From NCBI GenBank assembly GCA_965116875.1, contig OZ220733.1:483767-547766 (forward strand): a DNA stretch of 64,000 nt. The letters run 5' to 3'. Shown here piece by piece: positions 38,054 through 47,627 of this stretch. The DNA comes from Candidatus Latescibacterota bacterium (GTDB lineage: Bacteria > Latescibacterota > UBA2968 > GCA-2709665). Positions within the stretch are counted from its first letter, which is position 1. Every line of letters begins with the position of its first letter. A program made the position numbers and the translations under genes. The notes below the pieces were generated by a model. That model was given only the letters and a program-made list of their open reading frames with translations, was not told the origin of the DNA and ran no database searches.

Positions 38054-38155
38054 ACGTCAACCCTCCACTGAAACGATCCTCGCGCAGAATTCCCGAATAG
38101 TGTACTGCGTACCGATATGAAGTGCAACTTGTCGGTACGACTCGACCCCAGGCTG

Positions 38156-39340
38156 CTAACATCGCCCCTGCGCAATCGGCACGAGACTGGCGCCCGATGG
38201 CCTCGGGCCGACGGGCCTGATCGGCAGGCGCTCGTACGAACGGTACCGGACTTCGAGATGCGGTGTCTCCACCCTTACGTGGCCTCTGTGGCGGGAGTCC
38301 ATCAGCGCATCCAGGGCCCCGCTCACCAGGAGCGTGCGCTCTACCGGGTACGGCGGCTTGCCGGTAAGGAAGAGTTCGTGGATGTTTCTGCCGAGATAGC
38401 TGAAATGGGCATGGGGATCGTCAGGCAGAAATACCTCCATCCCCCGCACCCGGTCTTTTTCGCGGCCGGCGTACCCGAACCCCTGCGTGTATCCGTTCAA
38501 CATCAGCGTGGCCGCCTTCAACCCGTCGGCGTATTCCAGCAGAAAAACCGCCGGGTCCGGGCAGTGGGCTTCCATTGCCCCCTCGGCTTTCGCCTCGATG
38601 GGTTCGCGCGCGGCGTCGGCAAGCTCGCGCGACCACCGCCCCTCGTCTCCGGCCCGCCAGACGTCATCTCCCTCGAGGCACTGTACAGCGACGATACCGG
38701 TCTCGCCGCCCCGTCTGCGTTCGGTCATACACTGCAACAGCTCGAGCGCGTGGAACCCGTAGATGTCCAGTCCGGAATACCCGATTGACAATGCCTCCTC
38801 AAGCGGCGCATCCAGGCTGTATTCAAGGTACGGACGCCTCCAGGCCAGCGGCACCGAGGAGCCAGCCAGAAAAGGCACCTTCAGCATTCCCGCCCGGTCG
38901 TACATCCACTTTGAATTCACCCAGTCATACGCCAGGTGCTTGTCGTTGAACACCGGCACGGAACGTCCGGACGTGGCAAATATCCCGCATATCTGCTCGA
39001 AGAAGTACCGGCGTGGATACATGTGCTGCTGCTTTTCGTTCCAGGCGTAGTCCCCATGCTCGCCGATCAACAGCACGCCGTCGACCGCCAGTTTCTCTCC
39101 GCCCAGCGTCAATGCCTTCGGAATACTGTTGTAGACCGGCACCCCGTGTTCCTTTGCGAGTTCGAGGCCGACGTCTTTCTCATGAACCTGGTCCATGTAC
39201 ATCGACGCGACCTCCACCCGCGGCGGTATCAACCCGTCGTCCGACGGAAACCCCTTCAGAAACTTGGTCATAATGACGTCGGCGTGAGAATACCGATAGT
39301 ACGTCGTCACAACTGCCGCGATTTTCTTCGATCCGGACAT
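38156..39340 (-). CDS. Conserved hypothetical protein (possibly a distant oxidoreductase-like fold)
   Basis: I place the start at MSGSKKIAAVVTTYYRYSHADVI (ATG at 39340). The longer track ORF (to 39538) is Arg-rich upstream. No family recognised with confidence. Confidence 0.55.
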   Translation of the reverse strand: MSGSKKIAAVVTTYYRYSHADVIMTKFLKGFPSDDGLIPPRVEVASMYMDQVHEKDVGLELAKEHGVPVYNSIPKALTLGGEKLAVDGVLLIGEHGDYAWNEKQQHMYPRRYFFEQICGIFATSGRSVPVFNDKHLAYDWVNSKWMYDRAGMLKVPFLAGSSVPLAWRRPYLEYSLDAPLEEALSIGYSGLDIYGFHALELLQCMTERRRGGETGIVAVQCLEGDDVWRAGDEGRWSRELADAAREPIEAKAEGAMEAHCPDPAVFLLEYADGLKAATLMLNGYTQGFGYAGREKDRVRGMEVFLPDDPHAHFSYLGRNIHELFLTGKPPYPVERTLLVSGALDALMDSRHRGHVRVETPHLEVRYRSYERLPIRPVGPRPSGASLVPIAQGRC

Positions 39341-39593
39341 TTGTACCCACCCTTCGAAACATCGGGCGAACACCGGGTTCGCCTTCGCCTCGGCAAAGCG
39401 AAAAAAGATCAATCGCTCCGCCGCAGAGTACGGCAGGCGACTGAGAAAAACACGTGCGCGTCGCCCGGTCCGCCGGGCAAATATGAAGCGGGCCGGAATC
39501 GATGTCAAGGTGAATTGAACTTCCCGGAGCCGGGACAATGCCCGACTTATCCGGCTTGATTTTGGAGGATGGATCTTCTATTTTGGTGTCTCG

Positions 39594-39782
39594 GAAGTTG
39601 TCTTAGAATTACCGGTGAGTTCCCGAGCACGAGCGAAAAAGCGGCGGTCAAGGCGGGAGAATTCGCCCATATACCAATGTATCGTGGCTGCGCGCCCCTC
39701 GCCACTCTTGGGTGGATTTAACCAACGCCGACCGGCACGTTTACAGCCGTGCGAAGACCGCTGGGAATTTTAAGACAGCTTC
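39594..39782 (-). repeat. Family-B intergenic element, full copy B2 (189 bp, inverted orientation)
   Basis: Its reverse complement aligns with B1/B3 end to end, apart from a ~27-nt longer central segment. Arms are GAAGCTGTCTTAAAATT / AATTCTAAGACAACTTC. Lies in a divergent promoter region. Confidence 0.85.
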
Positions 39783-39824
39783 TCAGGTCAGGATGCCGGC
39801 TTTCGACCCCACAGGACTTCCGAT

Positions 39825-41018
<1,194 letters not shown>

Positions 41019-41086
41019 ACCCTTCCCTAGATTTCGGAAGAGGAAGCGGTTGCGGCCGCAGCCGGCAACAACGAGAGGACACGCTC

Positions 41087-41854
41087 ATGGATTTGCCCCA
41101 GAATCAACCCCTTCGTGACCACGTCGCCATCGTGACCGGGGCGGGGCAGGGCATCGGCCGGGCCGTCGCCCGGACCCTTGCGGAACAGGGCGCCCACCTC
41201 GTCGTGAACGACCTCGACGAGTCCAACGCCGAAAGTACCGCCGAAGAGCTGAAGTCGTCGGTCACCACGGCTTTTCACTTTCAGGCCGATGTCACCGATG
41301 CGCCCGGCGTGCAGGCCATGGTCGACTGGACGGCGGACACGTTCGGCGCCGTCCACATTCTGGTCAACAATGCCGGAATTCTCTTTCCAACCAGCGTCAT
41401 GGATATTGACGAAGACGAGTGGGATCGGGTGATCGACGTGAATCTCAAGGGCGCCTTTCTCTGCTCGAAGGCCGTCCTCCCACATATGAGGGAAGCCGGT
41501 TGGGGCCGGATTGTCAATTTCTCATCCACCGCCGGCAAGAACATCAGTACCGTGGGCGGCGCGCACTATACCGCGGCAAAGGCCGGCGTGCTGGGATTCA
41601 CGCGCCACCTGGCCAGAGAGGTCGCGCCCTACAACATCACCGTAAACGCCGTTTGCCCGGGCCTGATCGATACCGAAATGGTACGCGGAACCATCGATGA
41701 GGAACGAACTCGCGATTATGCGCGAAGCTTCCCCATACCCCGCCTGGGCAGACCGGAGGAAGTGGCCGTCCTGGTGGCATTCCTCGCCTCCGACCAGGCC
41801 GCCTACATCACCGGCGCATCGCTGGACATCAACGGCGGCGATCTGATGATTTAG
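41087..41854 (+). CDS. SDR family oxidoreductase (FabG-like)
   Basis: VAIVTGAGQGIGRAVA, NNAG, and YTAAK as the catalytic YxxxK. 255 aa. Confidence 0.88.
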   Translation: MDLPQNQPLRDHVAIVTGAGQGIGRAVARTLAEQGAHLVVNDLDESNAESTAEELKSSVTTAFHFQADVTDAPGVQAMVDWTADTFGAVHILVNNAGILFPTSVMDIDEDEWDRVIDVNLKGAFLCSKAVLPHMREAGWGRIVNFSSTAGKNISTVGGAHYTAAKAGVLGFTRHLAREVAPYNITVNAVCPGLIDTEMVRGTIDEERTRDYARSFPIPRLGRPEEVAVLVAFLASDQAAYITGASLDINGGDLMI

Positions 41855-41903
41855 AAGGTGTCGCCAACTGGTGTCCCATACGGCTTTCCGGAGCATTCGC
41901 GGA

Positions 41904-43064
41904 ATGCGGATAGAGCGCATAAAGACCTTCCTTGTCCACCCCGGCAGCGCGAAGAACTGGCTTTTCGTAAGGCTGGAAACCGACACGGGCATCCACGGAT
42001 GGGGCGAGGCCTACACCCAGCACGACAGGGACCGGAGCGTCCAGGTTCACGTGGAGGAACTGGGCCGCTACCTGACGGGAAGGTCGCCGTTCGACATCAA
42101 GCATTTCACGTACGTGGCCTACACGGACTTCGCAAGCAAGCGGGGCGCGATGGACCTCTATGCCGCCATCAGCGCCATCGAACAGGCCATGTGGGATATT
42201 GTCGGCAAGTCGCTCAACCAGCCCGTCTACAACCTTCTGGGCGGCGCGTGCAGGACCAGGATCAGGGTCTACGCCAACGGATGGGGAAGCTGGTACGATC
42301 CCGGCAAGGGGTTGGATGAACTCGCCGATCGGGCGGCCCGGGTTGTGGCGAGAGGGTTCACCGCGCTCAAATTCGACCCCTTTCCGGGCCCCTGGCGCAG
42401 CCTCATCGACCGGACGGACGAACAGACCGCCGTGGACCGCGTCCGGGCCGTGCGGGAGGCCGTAGGCCCGAACGTGGATATCCTGGTCGAGGTACACCGC
42501 AGGCTCTCTCCGGCCCATGCCATCCGCGTTGCCCGCGGCATGGAGCCATACAATCCCTTCTGGTACGAAGAACCGGTTTCGTCGCGGGATCTCGACGGCC
42601 TGGTGGAAGCCAGACGAAACATCCGCATCCCGGTTGTTACCGGAGAGGAACTCTATACAAAGACCGAATTCCGCGAGGTTTTCGAAAAACGCGCCGCCGA
42701 CGTCATCAACCCGGACGTCTGCAACTGCGGCGGAATACTCGAGCTCAGGGAAATCGCGGCGATGGCCGAACCCTGTCACGTCGCGGTCTCGCCGCACAAC
42801 TACAACAGCACCACCGTGGGGCTGGCTGCAACGATGCAGGCGGCGGCCGGCATGCCCAACTTTCTGATTACCGAGTACTTCGTAAACTTCGAAGCCGCGG
42901 GCAATAAAATCGCCGTCGAACCCCTCGTTGTCGAAGACGGTTATATCCCGCTTCCCACGGCCCCCGGGCTTGGCATCGACCTGGACGAACGCGCGCTCGC
43001 CGAGCATCCTTTCCGGCCGTTCCCGGGAAGAAACCTGCGGCGCCCGTGCGATGAGGGCCCGTAG
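41904..43064 (+). CDS. Enolase-superfamily dehydratase (mandelate racemase/galactonate dehydratase-like)
   Basis: MRIERIKTFLVHPGSAKNWLFVRLETDTGIHGWGEAY..., VEVHRRL, WYEEP, VTGEEL. Confidence 0.88.
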   Translation: MRIERIKTFLVHPGSAKNWLFVRLETDTGIHGWGEAYTQHDRDRSVQVHVEELGRYLTGRSPFDIKHFTYVAYTDFASKRGAMDLYAAISAIEQAMWDIVGKSLNQPVYNLLGGACRTRIRVYANGWGSWYDPGKGLDELADRAARVVARGFTALKFDPFPGPWRSLIDRTDEQTAVDRVRAVREAVGPNVDILVEVHRRLSPAHAIRVARGMEPYNPFWYEEPVSSRDLDGLVEARRNIRIPVVTGEELYTKTEFREVFEKRAADVINPDVCNCGGILELREIAAMAEPCHVAVSPHNYNSTTVGLAATMQAAAGMPNFLITEYFVNFEAAGNKIAVEPLVVEDGYIPLPTAPGLGIDLDERALAEHPFRPFPGRNLRRPCDEGP

Positions 43065-43156
43065 CCATCGGAAATTCACAACCACGTACGACGGTTTCTG
43101 AATCTGACCCATTCAGGCTCAGGACTGACCTGTTATTCACGCGAAGGAGACAGAAA

Positions 43157-44335
43157 ATGGAACGTGACGACGTGAGAAAGAGATTGGACGCGCTGGAGGA
43201 GAGGCTGCGCTGGCAGAAGCGGGCGATTGCGGGGTTGCTCGTCTTATTTCTGTTCAGCGCAGCGCCGGTTCTGACCCGGACGCCGAAATGGTTCGGCGTG
43301 ATGCTCCCGTCAAAACTGACCTCGCTGAGCTTTCGAGACGGCGTTACCACCGGCGACGTACGGTTCGGAGATCTCTCGCCAACCCGCGCCGGTCTCCCGT
43401 TGCCGGAGGCCGCCAGCGATGGGCTGAGCAAAATTGCTCCTGAGCAAATCGTCGATGCCGGTGACACCTTGCGCGTGCGTACGCTACACATTGTAAATGC
43501 AGGCGGGGCGGTCGTCGCGGAAGTCGGGTCTGATGAGTCCGGGGACGGCTCACTCGCGATCTGGAACAGTGCCGGCGCCCTCGTTTCCGTCGTGGGCGTA
43601 GACAGAAACGGCCACGGTACGCTGGGAGTCCTCAATGCGGCGGGCCGTGTCGCGGCCGCCATGGGCGCGGATCCGACAGAACAGGCCAATGGCTGGATGG
43701 ACGTCAGGAGCGCAACCGGGTCCGCTGCCGCACTCGCATTCGATAATGCCGGAGACGGCGCGATTGCCGTGTTTAACACGGATGACAAGCTTGTTGCCGG
43801 ATTCGGTATCGACGCCAACGGTCACGGCGCCCTCCGTGTCTGGAACGCGTCGGGCGGGATCGCCGCTGCGATCGGCGCGGATGAGACGGAGGACGCCAAC
43901 GGATGGATGGATGTCAGGAACAAGTCGGGGCCGGCGGCGGGACTCTCCGTCGACGCGGACGGCGACGGCCTGGTAATCGCGGGCAACCGGGACGGCGGTC
44001 CGACTTCGATAATGGGCGCGAATGGGAGCGGACACGGAATCATCGGGTTCAGGAATGCGTCCGGCAGGGTTGTGGCCGGCATGGGCGCCGATTCGACCGG
44101 CATTGGGGGATTGAGTATCGAAGGAGGCAGGTTCGGAGCCTATGTCGACGGGAACGCCAACGGCGTGGCGGAGACTCGGGGCAACAACGGGGAGGTTCGA
44201 TGGTCCTCCGAAGCGCCCGCCGTCGGTGATACCGGCACGTCAACCGGGCTGATCGGGGATTTCGACGGGGACGGCGACGTGGACTTCAACGACTTCCTCA
44301 CCTTTACCGCGAATTTCGGTAAGACGAGCGGGTAG
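43157..44335 (+). CDS. N-terminally TM-anchored repeat protein (about ten 21-24-aa Gly/Asp-rich repeats) with a single C-terminal dockerin-like Ca-loop
   Basis: GAAGGAG Shine-Dalgarno sequence. Cytoplasmic helix MERDDVRKRLDALEERLRWQKR is followed by hydrophobic AIAGLLVLFLFSAAPVL. Repeats look like LAIWNSAGALVSVVGVDRNGHGT / LRVWNASGGIAAAIGADETEDANGW. Tail is GDFDGDGDVDFNDFLTFTANFGKTSG. Confidence 0.8.
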   Translation: MERDDVRKRLDALEERLRWQKRAIAGLLVLFLFSAAPVLTRTPKWFGVMLPSKLTSLSFRDGVTTGDVRFGDLSPTRAGLPLPEAASDGLSKIAPEQIVDAGDTLRVRTLHIVNAGGAVVAEVGSDESGDGSLAIWNSAGALVSVVGVDRNGHGTLGVLNAAGRVAAAMGADPTEQANGWMDVRSATGSAAALAFDNAGDGAIAVFNTDDKLVAGFGIDANGHGALRVWNASGGIAAAIGADETEDANGWMDVRNKSGPAAGLSVDADGDGLVIAGNRDGGPTSIMGANGSGHGIIGFRNASGRVVAGMGADSTGIGGLSIEGGRFGAYVDGNANGVAETRGNNGEVRWSSEAPAVGDTGTSTGLIGDFDGDGDVDFNDFLTFTANFGKTSG

Positions 44336-44499
44336 CAGAAAGCGCGTTGGGATGGCGGCCCCGCCCCGGTGCGCGGCGCGGAGTGTGATCGCGACCGACG
44401 ACGACGACGAAACGTGAATTGGCGGGTGAATTCAAATGGTCTGATGCAGGCGGTGGAGGCTCCAGTCCGGGGCCGATTCGACGCGAAGGAGTGTTGGAT

Positions 44500-45987
44500 A
44501 TGCGATTGAACAACTCCTTATTTCCAATGACTGCCGTCTTCGCCTGTATGTTTGCAGGAGCGGAATGCCCTTCGGCAGCGGCGGAAGACGATTCCGCAAC
44601 TTCAGCCGACGGTCGTAACCTGCCGCCCGTGATTGTCAAAGCGGGAAGAAATGGAGCATACGGATATTCCCAAACAGTGGGTTCCGGTTTTTCTTTCTCT
44701 TCCAGCAAGACCCTGGCCGAGGGAAAGATGGAAGAAGGACTTGCGGAATTCCGTTCTGACAAGGACGTCGTATGGCTCTATTACAACTCGGAGGCCAACG
44801 ACCCCGACGGGGACGAAGTGCAGTATATCTGGTCTCAGGTTTCACCGGAAAAGCCGGTGGCGATCATCGAACAGGATGATTCCTTCGTTCCCAGTGGGCA
44901 GTCAGTTGACGTGAAAGTATGCACTCCTCCCTCAGGTGCTGAGATCACGCTTCAAGTCGTAGCGATGGACAGGAACGGCGCCAGAAGCGAACCCAGGTCG
45001 GTCATCGTGAACGCCGCCGGCTGCGCGTCGGAAGCGCGCTGGGCGCGGTTGTCCAGATTTGCCCGATTGCGCGAAGCCGCCAATCAGGGAGATCATATAT
45101 CTCAAAGAGACCTCGCATTAGCCTATATCAACGGCGACGGCGTTTTCAAGAATGTGAAAAAAGGAACTGACCTCATGCAATCGCAGGCGGAGGCTGGAAA
45201 TGCCGAAGCACAAGCTCAATGGGCCTTTTTTCTCGACACGGGGAAGCACAGATTAAAAAAAGACAAAAAGAAAGCGCTTGAGTGGTATCGCGCTGCAGCC
45301 CGGCAGGGCCATGCGCATGCACAATATGCCGTGGGGTTCTACGAGAAGGACAAGCGAGAGGCGCAGAGGTGGTACAAACTGGCGGCCGAGCAGGACAACA
45401 TGTCCGCACAATTCAGTTTGGCAAAGATGCTGGCTGAGGGTGACGGCGTAGCGAAGGATCTGGTTGCGGCGAAGGAGTGGATGCAAAAATCGGCTGATCG
45501 TGGGCACAAACGCGCCAAGACCTGGTTAGAAAACTGGGAGGTGGCCACTGCTTTCGATGCGTCCGGAAATCGGCCGCCGCAATTGACGTCGGTTACCTAT
45601 ACGGGAGATCACAGCCCTGCCTCGGTTTCCTATTCCGCCGACAAGGTGACGTACAAGGACGGGAAATGGATCACTGAGGGGGGAAAGACCGGCGTCAACA
45701 AGATTGTGTGGCGAAAGTTTAACGTTCGAGCTGAAGATTTCGATGGCGAGGCGATTCGATATCTCGTTACGCAGACATCGCCAGTTACTCCCAAAGTCAC
45801 AATCGGCGGTCAGCGAAACGTATTCAAATATCATGCCTCCGGCAAGGAAGTCATGTTTGCAGTCTGCTTCCCTCAGATTTCCAGTGGAGAATTCACGTTT
45901 CAAGTGATTGCCGAGGATAAACGCGGCGGAAGAAGCGCTCCCAGGACAATCGCGCTCGAGGCGATAAGATCGGACAAGTGCCAGTGA
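44500..45987 (+). CDS. Secreted Sel1-repeat protein flanked by two homologous Ig/PKD-like domains
   Basis: The ATG at 44500 has AAGGAG upstream and is followed by signal peptide MRLNNSLFPMTAVFACMFAGAECPSAAA. Sel1 repeats: ALEWYRAAARQGHAHAQYAVG, AQRWYKLAAEQDNMSAQFSLAKMLAEGDGVAKDLVAAKEWMQKSADRGH. Duplicated flanks: DPDGDEVQYIWSQVSPEKP...ITLQVVAMDRNGARSEPRSV versus DFDGEAIRYLVTQTSPVTP...FTFQVIAEDKRGGRSAPRTI. Confidence 0.8.
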   Translation: MRLNNSLFPMTAVFACMFAGAECPSAAAEDDSATSADGRNLPPVIVKAGRNGAYGYSQTVGSGFSFSSSKTLAEGKMEEGLAEFRSDKDVVWLYYNSEANDPDGDEVQYIWSQVSPEKPVAIIEQDDSFVPSGQSVDVKVCTPPSGAEITLQVVAMDRNGARSEPRSVIVNAAGCASEARWARLSRFARLREAANQGDHISQRDLALAYINGDGVFKNVKKGTDLMQSQAEAGNAEAQAQWAFFLDTGKHRLKKDKKKALEWYRAAARQGHAHAQYAVGFYEKDKREAQRWYKLAAEQDNMSAQFSLAKMLAEGDGVAKDLVAAKEWMQKSADRGHKRAKTWLENWEVATAFDASGNRPPQLTSVTYTGDHSPASVSYSADKVTYKDGKWITEGGKTGVNKIVWRKFNVRAEDFDGEAIRYLVTQTSPVTPKVTIGGQRNVFKYHASGKEVMFAVCFPQISSGEFTFQVIAEDKRGGRSAPRTIALEAIRSDKCQ

Positions 45988-46169
45988 GAGTGCGCACGAG
46001 AAGGGCAGATCTCAAGGGTGGTGGGAATCGACGCTGGTCCTCCGAACCATCCTCCGTTGGTGATACCGGCACGTCAACCGGTCTGATCTGGGAATTCGAC
46101 GGGGACGGCGACGTGGACTTCAACGACTTCCTCACCTTTACCGCGAATTTCGGTAAGACGAGCGGGTAA
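45978..46169 (+). pseudogene. Orphan 3'-end copy of the 43157-44335 gene (dockerin-like tail fragment)
   Basis: 46035-46169 aligns without gaps to 44201-44335. By hand count about 126 of 135 nt are identical, and the last ~70 nt before the stop are identical. It encodes ...RRWSSEPSSVGDTGTSTGLIWEFDGDGDVDFNDFLTFTANFGKTSG in the -1 frame relative to the Sel1 ORF, whose stop it overlaps. Confidence 0.65.
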
Positions 46170-46481
46170 CGAGCCCTCCCCGGCACAGGGATGGGAGCAT
46201 GCTCCCATCCGACGTCATGCGCCTCATGCAAACGTTGAGAGGGAGTTGCAGAAGCCGAGCCGTCCCCTGAGCTTGTCGAAGGGCCGGCGACGGCTGATGC
46301 GGTGGAAGGACTACAACGCGATTCCTTATTCAAGCAGAATTATCAAAAACGAACGCATCTTGCGTTGAAGTGTCTGAACCCCTTATATGTATTTCTACGT
46401 CCCGGCGATCCGAAGTCTTCACCGCCGCAATCGCTCGCTTTCTGCCGAGACTTGCGGCCAATTTATATTGGGAGAGTAGCA

Positions 46482-47612
46482 ATGAATCCACTTGAAGAAC
46501 GGATGAACAGGTTAGAGACGCGCGTTACGCGGTATCGCAATTTCAACGTTTTGTTGTGCCTCCTGCTGGTAACCGTCGTCACAGTTGCCGCAAAAGAAAC
46601 TGTATCGCCATTTCAGGCGAAAGCAGCCCATGAGTCCGTTGCTATGCCGCGAGGTGACTTCGGCGTTCCAGAATTGTCGGACCGTGGTGCAGATGCTGTA
46701 ATGGAACCGGAAGTTCGGAGTGCTGGAAAAGTTGCGGCACAGACGCAGGGCTTGATTCGCGCGACGGGACTGCAGATTGTAAACAGCGACGGACAGGCGG
46801 TTATTGAACTGGGGTTCAGCAGGTCGGGCGACGGTCTCGTCTTTGTCAAATCTGCACAAGGCAAGAGACTGATTTACGTCGGGCCGAGCGCATCTAACGA
46901 CGATGGTTTGGTCTTGATCAGCTCAAAGGAAGAAAAAAGCCTGATAGCGTTGGGATCAGATTCTGAGTCGGGAGACGGTTTCATCGGCATCAGAAACAGA
47001 AATGAAGAGCGTTTGATCAGTTTGAGGACCGGCGAGAGCGCTGGATGGATTAGAATCGACAAAACCGGAAATGAGAACTTAGCGTACATCGGTGCTAGTA
47101 CTCATGACAATGGACTATTGAGCCTGAGCAATAGATCCGGAAAGGGCCTTGTAACAATGACTGCAGACGACATTGCCGGCAATCTGCAGCTACGAAACAA
47201 TAGCGATAAGATGATCGCCTACCTGGGTTGGAGTAGCGAAGGCCAGGGAGTAATGAAGATTAACTCCAAGACCGGTACGGAACTCATTACGGCGGGTTCA
47301 AACGTAGAAGATGACGGACTGCTCAGGGTAAGCAATCGCTATGGAACTCTCGGTTTTTTCGTTGTTAGTACTGAACTTCACGGCTATGTGGGAATTCAGG
47401 ATAACCAGGAGAGGCTGCTTGCAGACCTGACAGCGACGGCGGGCGGCGATGGGCTTATGCGCACGTTGTCCAGGCAGGGTATCACGACGTGGTCCAGCGC
47501 TTCCTTTCAAGGCACCTCGGGTTCGACGTCCTTGAAGGGTGATATGGACAACGATGGCGATATTGACGGGGATGATTTCCTCATCTTCTCTGAAAACTTC
47601 GGTAAGAAATAG
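46482..47612 (+). CDS. Divergent paralogue of the TM-anchored repeat protein, with a single C-terminal dockerin-like Ca-loop
   Basis: Same architecture as the 43157 gene: MNPLEERMNRLETRVTRYRN then TM FNVLLCLLLVTVVTVAA. About 11 repeats (LQIVNSDGQAVIELGFSRSGDGL, LISSKEEKSLIALGSDSESGDGF, MKINSKTGTELITAGSNVEDDGL), then TTWSS and tail GDMDNDGDIDGDDFLIFSENFGKK. Lower GC and Ser/Asn/Lys-rich compared with its Ala/Gly-rich neighbour. Confidence 0.8.
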   Translation: MNPLEERMNRLETRVTRYRNFNVLLCLLLVTVVTVAAKETVSPFQAKAAHESVAMPRGDFGVPELSDRGADAVMEPEVRSAGKVAAQTQGLIRATGLQIVNSDGQAVIELGFSRSGDGLVFVKSAQGKRLIYVGPSASNDDGLVLISSKEEKSLIALGSDSESGDGFIGIRNRNEERLISLRTGESAGWIRIDKTGNENLAYIGASTHDNGLLSLSNRSGKGLVTMTADDIAGNLQLRNNSDKMIAYLGWSSEGQGVMKINSKTGTELITAGSNVEDDGLLRVSNRYGTLGFFVVSTELHGYVGIQDNQERLLADLTATAGGDGLMRTLSRQGITTWSSASFQGTSGSTSLKGDMDNDGDIDGDDFLIFSENFGKK

Positions 47613-47627
47613 TGAGCATTGATAATT

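Noticed and set aside
41829-43818. 427-aa and 316-aa minus-strand ORFs (41829-43112 and 42868-43818)
   Set aside because: They are antisense to the enolase-superfamily gene and to the first repeat protein. The second is a Ser/Pro/Ala-rich mirror of the Gly/Ala/Asp repeats.
45955-45990. Programmed -1 ribosomal frameshift joining the Sel1 ORF to the dockerin-tail frame
   Set aside because: There is no X_XXY_YYZ slippery heptamer and no obvious downstream pseudoknot immediately before the Sel1 stop (…AGA TCG GAC AAG TGC CAG TGA). An indel or recombination scar is more likely.
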